Positions 1 through 12,796 of a DNA stretch of 64,000 nucleotides are shown here, piece by piece; position 1 is the first letter of the stretch, and each line of letters opens with the position of its first letter. The translations under genes were made by a program, and so were the position numbers. Source of the DNA: Vairimorpha necatrix (Eukaryota). The stretch is from positions 310,001 through 374,000 of the forward strand of contig CP142733.1 of NCBI GenBank assembly GCA_036630325.1, written 5' to 3'. The notes under the pieces were generated by a model. It did not search any database. It was given only the letters and a program-made list of their open reading frames with translations, and was not told the origin of the DNA.

Positions 1-1038
1 CTGTAAATGTTCGTCAAAAAAACAAATCCGAACAAACACGATTATTCAGAGCAAAAAAATAGAATAATATCGGAAAATTTTAAATTTAATTATGTTATTT
101 TTAATACTAATGAAAAATTATAGAAAAGAAAATATGCATATGGTAGAATTTTAACCAATAAAATCTTTTGCATGTTCAGTATCTCGAAATATTAATTCTT
201 TGTAGCATAAGATGGTTGCATGTGCCAAACACAATCCTTTAATCGTTTTTAAACGTTGTAACATAGTTGAAAACATTATTTATTGTATTAGATTGCACTT
301 ATCATTATTTTTTTAAGTCAAAAATTGTCAGCTTGATAAACCTCTGTTGTAGACTGTTAGTCTTCAACATTTAACATATTTCCCTCCTTGTCAAAACTAT
401 CAATGAATTTACTTGAATTTATTTTATTTTAAATAAAATTCCAGAAATGAAGGGTACACATAATAGAGTGATGGAACAGAGAACGAAAGAACAGTATGTC
501 AGAGAGTCCAGAGGGTCTGTTATTAATAAAAGGCAATTTATTAAAAGTATTTTAAATACTACTTATTGACCGGGAGGGTCTCCCCGGGACACCACAGCTT
601 GAATTTAAGTGCGAGTTAGTTGAGCATGAGCTACAAAAAGATTAACCATAGTGAGGTTAACAATAAAAAAGTAAAGTTAAGTTACACCGTTATAGGACGG
701 ATATGAGGATCGAGACAGAGTTGAATATCATAGAGGATATTTATAGTTTTGATATGTGTGAATGGCTAGAAACATTCGGAAAAAAATAATTTCTAAACAA
801 ATTGAACAGTGAGCAGTATGAGCTCGTTTTATGAGATTTTATAAGTAAAAATCCTTAGATGATAAAGTATTTAGAGGAGAATTAGTGAAAATTCCCGAAA
901 GAATTCTAGCAGAGTTTATAGTATTGATAGAGCGGAAGTTGGATTAATAAATTATCTAATGTAAGACAAGAAAATTTTGAGTCGATAAGTAATTATTATG
1001 AGTACATTAATAGTTATATAAAATATTATAGTATTGTC

Positions 1039-2188
1039 GGTCCTACTAGGAAAATCGACCCAAAAAATAAATATTTATTGAGTAACCAAACATTTTTCTA
1101 GAAGTAAAGCAAAAGCATGAGGAATTGAATTTTTTATTATATTGGCAATGTCTTTTACGCCAAGAAAATTCTTCTAAAAATTTAGAGATACGATTATGGT
1201 TTAACCCACTTCTTTTTCTATAATCGTGTTTTAAGTGGGACCAAAATTTTCAATCTGGTTTGTATGACCACCCTCTTCATTAACAAATCCCTTACTATGA
1301 TTTACTATTTCATGTACTGATCCCAAATTAGCCACAGCTTTAGGATATGATGGATATTCATCAGTAACAATAATAGTTCCCGGGAGTATATATTTTTTAA
1401 ACTCTTCTAATAGAGTTTCATGTTTTCTATTAGGAACTAATGAAACAAAAAAAATCGTTCCATCACCAACTATAACTCCTCCAAGTATTCATTGGATACT
1501 TTGAGTATCGTCTTGTATAGACGATGGATTATCAATCACTAGACCATTGCATATGGGTGTTTCATCAATTTCAATACGTGTATTTTCTCCACCTATCTTT
1601 TCAATTCTAGAAAAGGCTCAACTGAAAAATCCATTATTACATTTTTAAACTCAATGTATGTTGATTCGGCTATTTGACAAAAATTAATAGCTTGATAATT
1701 GGTGTATGAAAAGACCCAACAATACAAGCATCTTAGAATCTTTTTTAAATTCTATATTCGATTTAAAAAATTTGGTGCTTTTTTTAAGGAGCACTTTCTT
1801 TTACATTTTTTACTTAGGCATTTTCTCCCTTTCCCATCAATGAAGGAAGCTGTTTTAATTATTTTCATGTTTCTTACACAAGTATTAGATACACATGGCA
1901 TAACAGGGGTTATTACACCCACTTCTAATAAAAGTGTAATGGCCATGTCATTATCTTGAAATATAGGATTCCAAGGATCAAGTTCTCCTATTTTTCTACA
2001 ATTCCTTCTACTAGCATAATGGGTAAGAAAATGGAAAAAAACTTAAAAATACCATAGCTTGAAAAATCGACCCCCCTAGAAAAAAAATAGACAATAGAGC
2101 AAAAAATCGAGATATTTTTTGATTTTAAAGAAGTGATAATTTTTTTATACTGTTTTAAGTAGAGGGGGTCGATTTTCCTAGTAGCGCC
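1039..2188 (-). mobile_element. Merlin DNA transposon with disrupted transposase (ATG ~2017)
   Basis: TIR GG(T/C)(C/G)CTACTAGGAAAATCGACCC. 8-bp TSD GTATTGTC. Minus-strand motifs IEIDET, W-LGG, VTDEY, and an N-terminal CxxC. Confidence 0.9.
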
Positions 2189-3577
2189 GTATTGTCTATA
2201 AGATAGGCAGAGAAGAATACAACAGGAAGCTATGGGAATGCTTCAAGAAGGGTTTAGTAAGCAAAACGAAAAGAATACTAATTGAAAGTCTTGATGTGTA
2301 AAATTTGGATGCATATATGAAGAAATTAAAGACGATGCTAGAAGAAATTTTTAAGTTAAGAAACAATAACATGGCCATGAACAAGCATGAAACTTCATAT
2401 AAAAATTTTAGGGACAATAATTTTCCTTTACAAAAGAAATGGTGTAAATTTCATAAGCACAATGGTCATATAACAGTTGACTGTTTTTTAAATAACAAAA
2501 AAAAGAAATGAATTTGATAAGAATTTTCCAAGAAGAAATGAACATTATGGAAGAAAAAAAAAGATTCGGTTAGAGAAATTATTGTAAGAGCTAAAGTTAA
2601 GGAACAAAATATTAAAGTATTATTAGATAGTGGAGCCAGTAGAAGTAATTTCAGAAAGATTGGCCTAGAAATTGAATTTACAACTAAGAGAAAATAAAGC
2701 TATTAGAACAGTTATAGCAAACGGAGAAGTTATAACTAGTAATTAGTCTACAGAGTTTAAAATTAAGTTTGAAGGTGTGAATAAGAATTACTATATTGAA
2801 ACATACATTTTTGAGAGATGTATGCATGAGGTAATTTTAGGAGGAGATTTTTTGTTTAACAATAACTGTGTTTTGGAATACAAAAATAAGGTTGCAATTT
2901 GTGATGAGGTAATAATTAAAATCATTGGTCATGAAGAGGGGACAGAAAAGACATTAGACAAGACAATGATTGAAAGATTTTGCATAGTGGAAGATAAAAA
3001 ATCGAAAAAGAAGATAAGATCAAAACAAAAAATCATATAGGAAAAACTAAAGATATTAATATTAAATATTGCAGGAATAAACATAACAATGAAAGAATAA
3101 ATAAAACAATTGGCGGAAGTTTACGAATCTATAAAAGAAGACCAATAAAAGAATTGACAGGCCTTATTGAACATAGATTGAATGAAAATTGGCATAGGAA
3201 AATTAAGATATCTCCGATGTCCTTATAAACGAAAGTAAATTCTTACGATCTTTTTAGAATAAAAAACAACTTTTACTTATACAATAAGAACAGATAAAAG
3301 CCCGAAGAAAACTTATGATCAGGAACTAAAAATCGAAGAAATTGTTTGTGTGAAGATTTTCGCAAGAAACAAACTTGATAAAAATTTATAGGACCATACA
3401 AGGTGTGCGAAAAGGGAAAAATGAATTATGGTACAAAGTACACGGATTAGTAGGATGGTTTCACAGGAAACAGTTAAAGCTTTGAGAGGGGTAGAATGTT
3501 ATAGTCTGTTAGTCTTCAACATTTATCTATTTCCATCTTTTTCAAAACTTTTAATGAATTTTCTAGAATTTTATTTA

Positions 3578-5111
3578 CAGTCCATTTCATTTTTATAGAT
3601 ACCTTGTTTCATAATTATAGGACCTTGATCCATTTTTATAGACACCTTGTTTCATAATTACAGACACCTCATTTTATTTTAATAGAAACTTTGTTTCATT
3701 TTTATAGACACCTTGTTATAAAATTTATTTTATTTTTTTCATAATTTATTTATATAGTTGAATCGTAAATAAGAGATAACGATAAAGATATAAACATCAA
3801 TATTTACATGCCAAACAATGAAAACATCTTAGAAATTTTTAATTTCATTAATTCAGAAAAAATCCGCATTGACAAGAGCTTTCTCGATAAATTCACTCAT
3901 ATGAGAAAAGTAACCATCCATGACGAAAACTTCAGTGTTCAACACGGCCTCAATACAATCAATTAACAAAGGAGTGGTTGTTGGTCTAGGTCTCTGTTTT
4001 ACTCGGGACTTGAAACTGTTAAAAAACTCTTCGATGGGGTTTATTTGTAAAGAATATAAAAGAAGTTTTAGACTGCATCTTTGTTTCTAAGAGCAGCAGC
4101 TACTTCGGCTGTTCTGTGAATAGATGCGTTATTTAATATTAAAATTCTGTTTTCCTTTTACTCACAAATAGGTGGTAAATTATTATTAATGAATTCGACA
4201 AAATCTGCAGATTTTAAAACTTCCGACTTTAGATTTATGCGCATATACTATTAACGCTTATAGCACACATTAAAGAAACATTAGTCCCTTTCGAATTTGG
4301 GACAGTTACACAACACTTAGTATTTCTTAAAGAATAACCAAAAGTATTGTTAAGGTGCAGATTTAAACCAGTTTCATCGAGAAATATTAAATTATCATTC
4401 GATATGATATCTATTACTCTCGCATATTGAGACCTTAACAGCTTGTTCCAAGGACTGTTTCTACTTAGTGGAATCAAGGTCGGGGTTTTAGAACTATACC
4501 AAATTTTTTAACAAGTCTACAAACAGTTGACTTAGAGTAATGACCCTTGGAGTTTAAATTTTGCAATTTATCGGATAAATTATAAAGACCTAGACAAGGA
4601 TTCGGTGCTATTTCCGTTGCAATAATATTTGAAACCATAGAAATATCTTTTAAAGATTCACTCTTTTTTTTGTTCTGCCCTTTTAAAAGTTGAAAGGTTG
4701 GTAAATTCTCCTGTAAGATATCTTTTATGTAGGCGTTTGACGCTAGACTTACTGAGATTTGAAGCAACTTCTATATCAATAAGTTTCATACCAGTGTTGA
4801 GTAACGAAAGAAAACTTCGATTATCGACCTGGTAATTCTCTTCCTGGTTTTTCTTGGGGTAGAAGACTGCGTTTCATCTTTTATCTCGACAAATAATTCA
4901 TCTGTACGATATTCCTCAAGTTATTCTCTGACATTTAGGTTTCTCATATTTTAAGGGTTAAAAATTTTATAGGAAAGTAAAATAAAATTTAGAACAAGGG
5001 TTCTATAATAATAAAATGGGGTGTCTATAATAATGGAACAAGGTGTCTATAAAAATGAAACAAGGTTTCTATAAAAATGAAACAAAGTGTCTATAAAAAT
5101 GAAATGGACTG
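3578..5111 (-). mobile_element. Tc1/IS630-like DNA transposon with frameshifted DDE transposase (ATG ~4947)
   Basis: TIR CAGTCCATTTCATTTTTATAGA, TA TSD, ~21-bp subterminal repeats at both ends. Motifs IFLDETG, NNASIH, NPIEEFF. Interrupts the Gypsy 3' LTR. Confidence 0.9.
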
Positions 5112-5612
5112 TATTATAAATAAAATTCCAGAAATGAAGGATACACATAAAAAAGTGATGGAACAGAGAACGAAAGAACAGTGTGTCGGAGAGTCTAGAG
5201 AGACTGTTATAAATATAAGATAATTTATTAAAAATATTTAAGAATACTACTTATTAACCGGGAGGGTTTCCCCGGGATTTCCACAACCTCATAATTAAAG
5301 AATTGTGTATCACAATAAATATTTGATTATTAATGGAGCTTTTCAAAAAAATGACAATGTAAATAATATTATAAAAAATTGTTGTTAAAAATAAAGTCAT
5401 GTTAGGTTTTTTAAAACTTGATTTTGCTATTTATGACAATACAAAATAAATAGTGATATTGTAGTTAAATTTGTTAATATTATATTTAACATTAATAAAA
5501 AGAAGTTTTGATAACCTACGAGTAAAATTATCTTGATCATGTATATTTGTTTTTTAAAAAGTAAATTTTACTCGGCGTTAATTGTATTAATAATTACATT
5601 GTTTAAAAAATC

Positions 5613-6795
5613 GGTTAAATTGCGATGTTGCCCCCCCCCCCCCCACCCCTAAAAAAATAAAAAAAAGGGGGGAAAATAAAAAAAGGGGGAAAATTATGCC
5701 CCTAAAATGAACATAAAAAATTTTAGAAAACTAATATATAAAAAAGAGGAATTATTTTTATTTCTTCTTGAAAAAAATATATTAAAGGTACCAATGTGCA
5801 ATAAGTGCATGACACCCATGACCAAAATTAGAAATAATATGGACAAATATCGTTGTTACTTACGACGAAATGGGAGAAAATGCTCAAACAAAGGTAACAT
5901 TTACAAAGAAAGCATTTTTAAAAGTTCTAGATTAGATATCGAAGATCTTTTAATTTTGCTGTGTGAATGGGGGAAAGGTGTAAGCAATGTTTCGGCTACT
6001 ATCGAATGGGATATAGATAGTAGTACCGTATCTCGCTGGTTTACATGTTTTAATAACGCTGTATTCTAATCCTATTTTAACTACCTTCAAAACAGAACCA
6101 TAGGAGGTTAAAATTGCGTAGTTGAAATAGATGAGACATTGCTTGTTAAAAGTAAAAGCCATAACGGTAGAATCCTTCAACACCAAATTTAGGCTGTTGG
6201 TGGAGTTGTAAGAGGAGACAGCAATTCTTTTTTTTTGAAATTGTTGAAAATCGATCAAGAACTACTCTTGTCGATATAATAAAATGAAAAATCGCACTCG
6301 GATCTACAATTATTACTGATTGTTGGCGGGGTTATTAAGGGGTTTCGGAACTATGTCCGATTTATAACTATTTACATTTAACTGTAAATCATAGCCAAAA
6401 TTGTGTAAAGCCAACAACAGGCGCCCACTTAAACAATTAAGGGAATGTGGTCTGTAATTAAAAGGGAATTGCGCAAAGAAAGAAAAAACCATGGTTCTTT
6501 AATATATCTCATTCGAAAACTTTATATAGCTCGTTTTAAGTTAATTTATAGAGAATCACTACTTGGAAGAATGTTATGCTTTTTTGAGATTGATAATATA
6601 TCATTTTTAAATTACGATTTAGCGCCCGAATTTGATTTTGAATTAATTGAATAAATTTTGTTTCCCCTTTTTTTTATTTTTTCCCCTTTTTTTATTTTTT
6701 CCCCTTTTTTTATTTTTTCCCCTTTTTTTATTTTTTCCCCTTTTTTTTATTTTTTTAGGGGTGGGGGGAAGGTGGGGTAACATCGCAATTTAACC
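5613..6795 (+). mobile_element. Merlin transposon, transposase pseudogene (5707-6654)
   Basis: TIR GGTTAAATTGCGATGTT. 8-bp TSD AAAAAATC. Motifs VEIDET, ITDCWRGY, VNHS with in-frame stops. Paralog at 27653. Confidence 0.92.
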
Positions 6796-6983
6796 AAAAA
6801 ATCTATATAACAAAAGTAAGAAAACAGTATTATTAATAATCATCAAGCCTATCATTATCAAAACTCATACAATAAACATAAAAATGAGTATTAACACTCT
6901 TATCAAAATTAATTATGTTATTAAAATTTACAGATGCTTGTATATAATGTTTATACAACAAAATAAGACACGGGGGGAATATT

Positions 6984-8054
6984 GGTACATGACCGTTTGA
7001 AACCCGCTTTGAAAATTTCAAAAAAAAAGAGACTTAACGATTTATTTTGAATAATATAAGAAGTCGATTAATCCTTTGATTTTGTAGTATTTGATAAGAC
7101 CATAGAAACTGCAAAAGGTATTCATAATGCTCGTCCTGTTTTTTTCCATGGTTAGGCCGAACATCGCATTTTGAAAGAGACCAAAATCCTTCAATTTTTT
7201 GAGTAGGTGTCTCGGGATCGTTAGGATTTACGAAATCGATGAAGATATTTACAGTCCTGTGTTCCATCCCTGTGATTTAAATAATGCGGCACCATATGCT
7301 CTTCATTGATCAGTGATCACAATGAACCAGGCAATATATTATCTTGATTACCTCAAGAAGAGTAGCAGTATTTCTACTAGCTACAGTGACGAGAAATGGT
7401 CTTTTTAGAACCTCTTTCCATTCCTCCTACATACCACGATTATATTTGGCCCGAAAGAATAGATCCTCGTCGTTCTCCAATACTTAAGGGATGTCGAACT
7501 CATTACGACCTCCCAACCTCTGGCTATTATTGGTCACTTCCTCGATTATGCGATCTCTGCAGAGCAAACCATTTGTACTTACGGGGTTTCTGTCTAGATC
7601 GAGATCATTTGCTACATCGAGGAAGGAAACTCTTGGATGAACTTAAATATCATTCTTATAATTTTATAAAAACTTAATTTGGTATTTTCAAAAATATAGT
7701 TCTTTCTCGCAGAATGAAAAGCCGTGCAAATTTTTGTACAATTCAAAACATGTTTTTCTACTAGTCTTAATGTTCTAACCAAATCCATTGGCCTTAAAGA
7801 GCTGCATACAGTAGAAAAAAAATTGTTTTTTATTAATGAACTGCGTGTCAAAAAGATACACGCTGTCTCGGCATCATAAAATGTTTCCAAATTAAAATTT
7901 TATGTATTTCCATGTTCAAAAAAATTTCGTCACTAAAAAGCTCATCTCCTTCAACAAAATTTGTTTTTGCCAATCTTGCCATTTTAAAAGGGGGTCTTTT
8001 CAATTTTCAAAGCGGGTTCATTTTCCCAAAGCGGATTCCAAAAGGTCATTATCC
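6984..8054 (-). mobile_element. Merlin transposon, degenerate
   Basis: Degenerate TIRs GGTACATGACCGTTTGAAACCCGCTTTG / CAAAGCGGATTCCAAAAGGTCATTATCC. C-terminal TQKIEGFWS motif (ORF 7034-7267). Confidence 0.8.
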
Positions 8055-8154
8055 AATATTTTTTATGAAATATTTATTTTCTATTTTATATCGATTTATA
8101 TACTTATTTTGCATCATTTCTTTTTTCCCTCCAAAACACGCTTTTAGCCAAACA

Positions 8155-8778
8155 GGCTAAAATCAGCATTAGTGTATAAAAAATGGGGGGGGTCAAAATT
8201 TTTAAAAAATTGACCCTTTTTTAAAAAAGGAAGGAAATGGTGAGTAAGGAAGAAAAAAAATAAATGCAAACAAGATGTAAAAATGTAATTAAATAAACAT
8301 ATAAATAAGTAAAAATAGCAAAAACATAAATTTAATACGCTATAAATAAGTCTTGAATCTCATTTCTTTTAATCATTTATAGAGTTAAAAGATATCAGAA
8401 AGTACATATGTTCTAAACCTAATGGCCATAGAGGGGTTTAAAGATCTCCAGTTTACTTCGATGGTGTTTGTATGGACACCTGTTTCATTATTTCTAAATG
8501 TTTGGCTGTGATCCACAGTTCTATGGTCTGCATAAAGGCCTTTTAAGGTTATTTGTGCCTTCCACATATCGGAATGAATGATGGGTTTTAAATTTACATG
8601 CTTAAATAAGATTGGCAGTAATATATCCTTGTTTCTTTTATTTATTATGACAAAGATTATCTTCTTTTCTACTGTTCTTTCTACCATCCCAAAACACTAA
8701 AAACCTTTAACCAATCTTCCCCCGTGGTATTTATTTTTACCTATTTTGCTTCCATCGATCTCCACTATAATATTTTCG
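8155..8778 (-). mobile_element. Merlin transposon, 3' half (family also at 16481-17028)
   Basis: TIR GGCTAAAATCAGCATTAGTGTA. ORF 8385-8687 has HSDMWK, VDHS, GVHTNTIE. Truncated at the next Merlin. Confidence 0.85.
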
Positions 8779-10883
8779 GGTTAAGTTCTCGACTTACCCC
8801 CACCCCTAAAAAAACTAATAAAAAAATAAATTATTTGACCCATAATGAGAATTAAAGGGACCTTCGGACCGAAATTCACCTTTTTTTGATGTCTTCAAAT
8901 TTTCATTTTTTCACCCCAAAAAATGAAATTCCAAAAGTTGAGGAAAAGAGAGATTAAAGAGAAAATAATACAACAAATAAAAATCTTACAACCTAGCGGT
9001 TGTAAAATATGCAATGAAGAGCTTACATCATACACAAAAAATAAGTATGAATATATGAAATGTACAAATAAAATAGTCACTATATAAAAAACATATTAAT
9101 GTTTGGAAAGGTACAATATTTAGTCATGTAAAAATTTCTAAAGTGAAATTTGTCGAGGTTATTGACCCCTGGTTATCAAAATGTAGTGTGGATACTATTT
9201 CATACGTAACCAGAATTGATAAAAAAGTTATATGGAGAATATTGAAAAAAACTAGTGAAGTACTTGTTAAAAAATTTTACCAAAACATTGAATATATTGG
9301 AAATCCTGGTGAAACAGTTGAAATGGATGAGTCAAAGATTGGAAAGAATTAATATAATCGTGTACATCCAGTAGGAGGAGTTTGGATCTTTGGAGTAGTT
9401 GAAAGAGATGGTAAAAAAGAGTCATATTATTTCAAGTAAGTGGATGTACTAAAAGTACGTTAAAATTTCACATTAAAGATAGTGTAAAAGAAGGTAGCAA
9501 ATTATATTCTGACTGTTGGAAAGGATATACGGGCATTCAAAATGAAGGTTATAGTCACCACACTGTAAACCACTCTAAATATTTTAAAGATCCCGAGACA
9601 GGAATACATACTAATACTATCGAAGGAACATGGTCTGGTTTAAAACAGCATATGCCATACAGATGTCGAACAAGGAAATTAATTAATAGGTATTTAGTGA
9701 GGTACATGTTAATAAAAAACTATAATACTCATCCAGTAATAAGTTGTTTTAACGTAATTTATGATGAAAAATTAAATATTTAAAGCTTTTATTCTTTTTT
9801 TGTTTTCTTCCTCAACTTTTGGAATTTCATTTTTTGGGGTGAAAAAATGAAAATTTGAAGACATCAAAAAAAGGTGAATTTCGGTCCGATCAACCGAATT
9901 AAAGAATTCAGAAAACTTATCTATAAAAAAAATAAGTAAATGCAATTTTTAATTGCAAAAAACATTTTGAGGGTCCCTATGTGCAATAAATGTAATATAC
10001 CAATGACTCAAGAACACACCAACACTGAAAACTATCGTTGTTATTTAAGACGTGATGACACAAAATGTTTCAACTAAGGAACCATAATGAAACAAAGCGT
10101 TTTTAAGAGCTCAAAATTGCCTATTGAGGATCTTTTAATATTGCTTTGCGAATGGGTAAAGGGTTCAAGTAATTTGGCCGCCACGTTAGAACTTGATATA
10201 GGTAAATGTACGGTATCAAGATGGTTTACGCGTTTTAATAACGCCGTGTACGTCTCCTATTCAACATATATAAACAATCAAACGATTGGCGGCGTCGGCT
10301 GCATTGTTGAAATTGATGAAACTTTACTTGTAAAAAGTAAAAACCATGCGGGAAGGGTTCTTCAATATCAAGTATGGGCAGTTGGAGGCGTTGTGAGAGG
10401 GGATGCGAATTCTTTTTTCTTTGAAATCGTAGAAAATAGAACAAGAGCTACTCTTGTTAAATTAATCACACGAAAAACTGCTCCGGGGACTACAATTATG
10501 ACAGATTGTTGGCGCGGCTATAGTGATATTCAAACAATCTGTGTAGAATATGAGTATCTACATTTGACTGTGAATCACAGCCAAAATTTTGTGATAATAT
10601 AACTGGTGCGCATACTCAGACTATAGAGGGAATGTAGCCGGTTCTTAAAAGAGAACTAAGAAAAAGCGGAACTAGTCATGGTACTATTATGAATCTTGTA
10701 AGGAAGATTTACATTAATAGATTCAAATTAATATATCGTAAAAATCTATTACATAAAATGTTAGAATTTTTTGAAATAGGTAATTTTAGTATTTTAGCAT
10801 ATGATATAATTCCTTAAATAGATTTTACAATTGTGGAATAATTTTTTTTTTAGGGGTGGGGGGGGTAAGTCGAGAACTTAACC
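8779..10883 (+). mobile_element. Merlin transposon (ATG 8845, split by a nested Merlin; ORF remnant 10087-10602)
   Basis: TIR GGTTAAGTTCTCGACTTACCCC. Motifs VEIDET, WAVGG, MTDCWRGY, VNHS. Flanking 8-mers differ. Confidence 0.9.
8858..9895 (+). mobile_element. Merlin transposon nested in the 8779 Merlin
   Basis: ~85-bp TIRs (core TCGGACCGAAATTCACC). 9-bp TSD GAATTAAAG. Motifs VEMDESKIG, SDCWKGY, GIHTNTIEG. Confidence 0.92.
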
Positions 10884-11206
10884 TTTTGTTCAATTTAAAA
10901 CATATTTGTATACTAGTCTTATTCTTCTAACAAAATACTTTGGCGTTTCAAAGCTGCATACAGTACAAAAAAAAGTTGTTTTATTAATGAACTGCGTGCC
11001 AGAAAGACACACGCTGTCTCAGCATAATAAAATGTTTTCAAAATGAAAACTACATTTATTTCCATGTTCAAAAACATTTCATCACAAAAAGAGCTTATCT
11101 CCTTAACAAAATTTGTTTTTGCAATCTTGCCATTTTTTGAAAGGGGTCCTTGAAATTTTATAAGCGGATTCATTTTCCCAAAGCGGGTTCCAAATGGTCA
11201 TGTACC
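10884..11206 (-). mobile_element. Merlin 5' fragment, paralog of 7735-8054
   Basis: Colinear similarity to 7735-8054, ending in the TIR GGTCATGTACC. Confidence 0.8.
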
Positions 11207-11387
11207 TAAATATTTTATGAAATATTTATTTTCTATTTTATATCGATTTATATACTTATTTTGTATCATTTTTTTTTCCTCCAAAAATTATGCTTTCAGA
11301 AAAACAAATTAAAAAAGTTTTTGGTAAAAAACAAAATAAAACAAAAAATCCATATATTTAAAAAAAATCAACATTACCCCCCCCCCA

Positions 11388-12425
11388 ATGTTAGAATCAA
11401 GTGTCCTGTATAAAAGGAACTTTGCTATTTTTGTAATAGCTTTCTAAGATGTTACAATTTGATGTTGTTTTATTTTTATAAAGTTGTTTATTATTGGCAT
11501 TTTCTCTGCCGTGACTTATGTTTCTCTCTTCGACCATTTCGTACCCTTCCAAACCAAACTTTCTTTTATAATTTATTATTTCTTGTCAACATAAAAACAA
11601 ACTTGGCCATACTTACGAATGTAGTAACGGCCATGCAACATTCGTTTGTTTGTTTATGTACTCATCTTGACAAGCCGCCGAAGATATTTGACATTTCTCT
11701 GGACATAAGTGACAGATGGGATATTTGGCATCTGCCCATGTGATGTAGCAATGTACATCACATCAAGCTATGTGTTTTCTGATGTTTTAAACTTCTGGAG
11801 AAACAAAGAAGCACTACAGTGTAACAAGAATAATTATATTATCGACAATCATTCAGATGACGTGAGGGCGTTGTCTGATGATAAAATTGTCGATTTGCGG
11901 GTAGAAAAGGTTATAGTCAGCCATTCTTCAGTTGACGTAGGGGCGTCGACTGAAGAAGAAAGTGTTGAAGAGGATATAGAAGACTTGGTGGAAAATGTAG
12001 GTATGGAGAATGAGGAAGCGAGGGAGGTTAGTGAAAAAATGGGAGATTTGGCGATGAGGTATATATAAAAGAAGAAGGGAACGAAGGAGGGCCCTATAAG
12101 TTTAGTAGAGGGACTGGGGGAGTTTGAGGGGAGTGATGGCATATCTATGCCAAAAATCTTCTTCAAAGAGAAAGATGTCTAAGGGCACGAGAAAATAATT
12201 AAAAGCGAAGAACTTACAGAAGAAGATTTGAGGAGAATAGGCGATCAAATTTCCGATCTCTATTCTCTCCATCTTCTGGAAGTGGGCTTTAAAAGGATGA
12301 GGGAGGCGGAAGAGAACTATAATAAGTCATGATGAGGGAGAATATATAATGCAATAGGAAGACATTTCTGTTGTTTTGTGGAAAATGACGAAGATTCGAA
12401 GGATATTGAGGACGAGTTTGATTAA
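11388..12425 (+). pseudogene. Acidic hypothetical protein (~220 codons), disrupted by a solo LTR and stops
   Basis: CCCC motif before ATG 11388. After removing the 11402-11762 insertion and one TSD copy, the frame reads MLESSYVFSDV...EDEFD with internal stops. Paralog at 17120-17797. Confidence 0.7.
11402..11762. mobile_element. Solo LTR, ~350-bp family (copy 1)
   Basis: TG...CA ends, 5-bp TSD TCAAG. The empty site is seen in the paralog near 17130. Confidence 0.88.
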
Positions 12426-12639
12426 AAAATAATATTAACAGCTTCTTTTCTCTGTCTTTTTTAATTTCGAAGTTTGTTCTCCACTTCCTTACTCATCTTA
12501 AAATTTGGGGGCATAAAAATATCAACAAAAATAATTTCACCAAAACTTAAAATATACTTATCAAAACGGAGGAATAAAAATCACATGAAAATGAATAAAA
12601 AGTGAAATATCACGCAACGGAGTTATTAATGCAACATTA

Positions 12640-12796
12640 CAGGGGGATTAATCGTTATAGTGTCATATTTGAATTAATATATTCTCATGTTTGAATTTCT
12701 ATATTCTCATGTTTGAATTTTTATATTCCCATGAGGAATTCCTACAGTGCCATGTTGAATTCCTACAGTGCCATGTTTAACATTCTATATTCCCAT
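12640..12796. mobile_element. Terminus of a Tc1-like element with ~22-bp subterminal repeats, truncated by Gypsy
   Basis: TA|CAGGGGG start where similarity to the paralog (~18005) breaks. Repeats of TATATTCTCATGTTTGAATT. Confidence 0.6.

Larger units (their letters stand above)
345..5285 (+). mobile_element. Ty3/Gypsy LTR retrotransposon, internally deleted (gag-protease and integrase tail remnants), with nested Merlin and Tc1
   Basis: 5' LTR 345-596 and 3' LTR 3497-5285 (split by Tc1), both TG...CA. 5-bp TSD ACCTC at 340-344 and 5286-5290. PPT GAGAGGGGTAGAA before 3497. Gag Zn knuckle CKFHKHNGHITVDC (~2440) and protease LLDSGAS (~2620). No RT motif seen. Confidence 0.9.

Noticed and set aside
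12655-12796. CRISPR-like short repeats (also 3578-3720 and 4990-5111)
   Set aside because: They are head-to-tail repeats without unique spacers, with no cas genes, and sit at Tc1-like termini.
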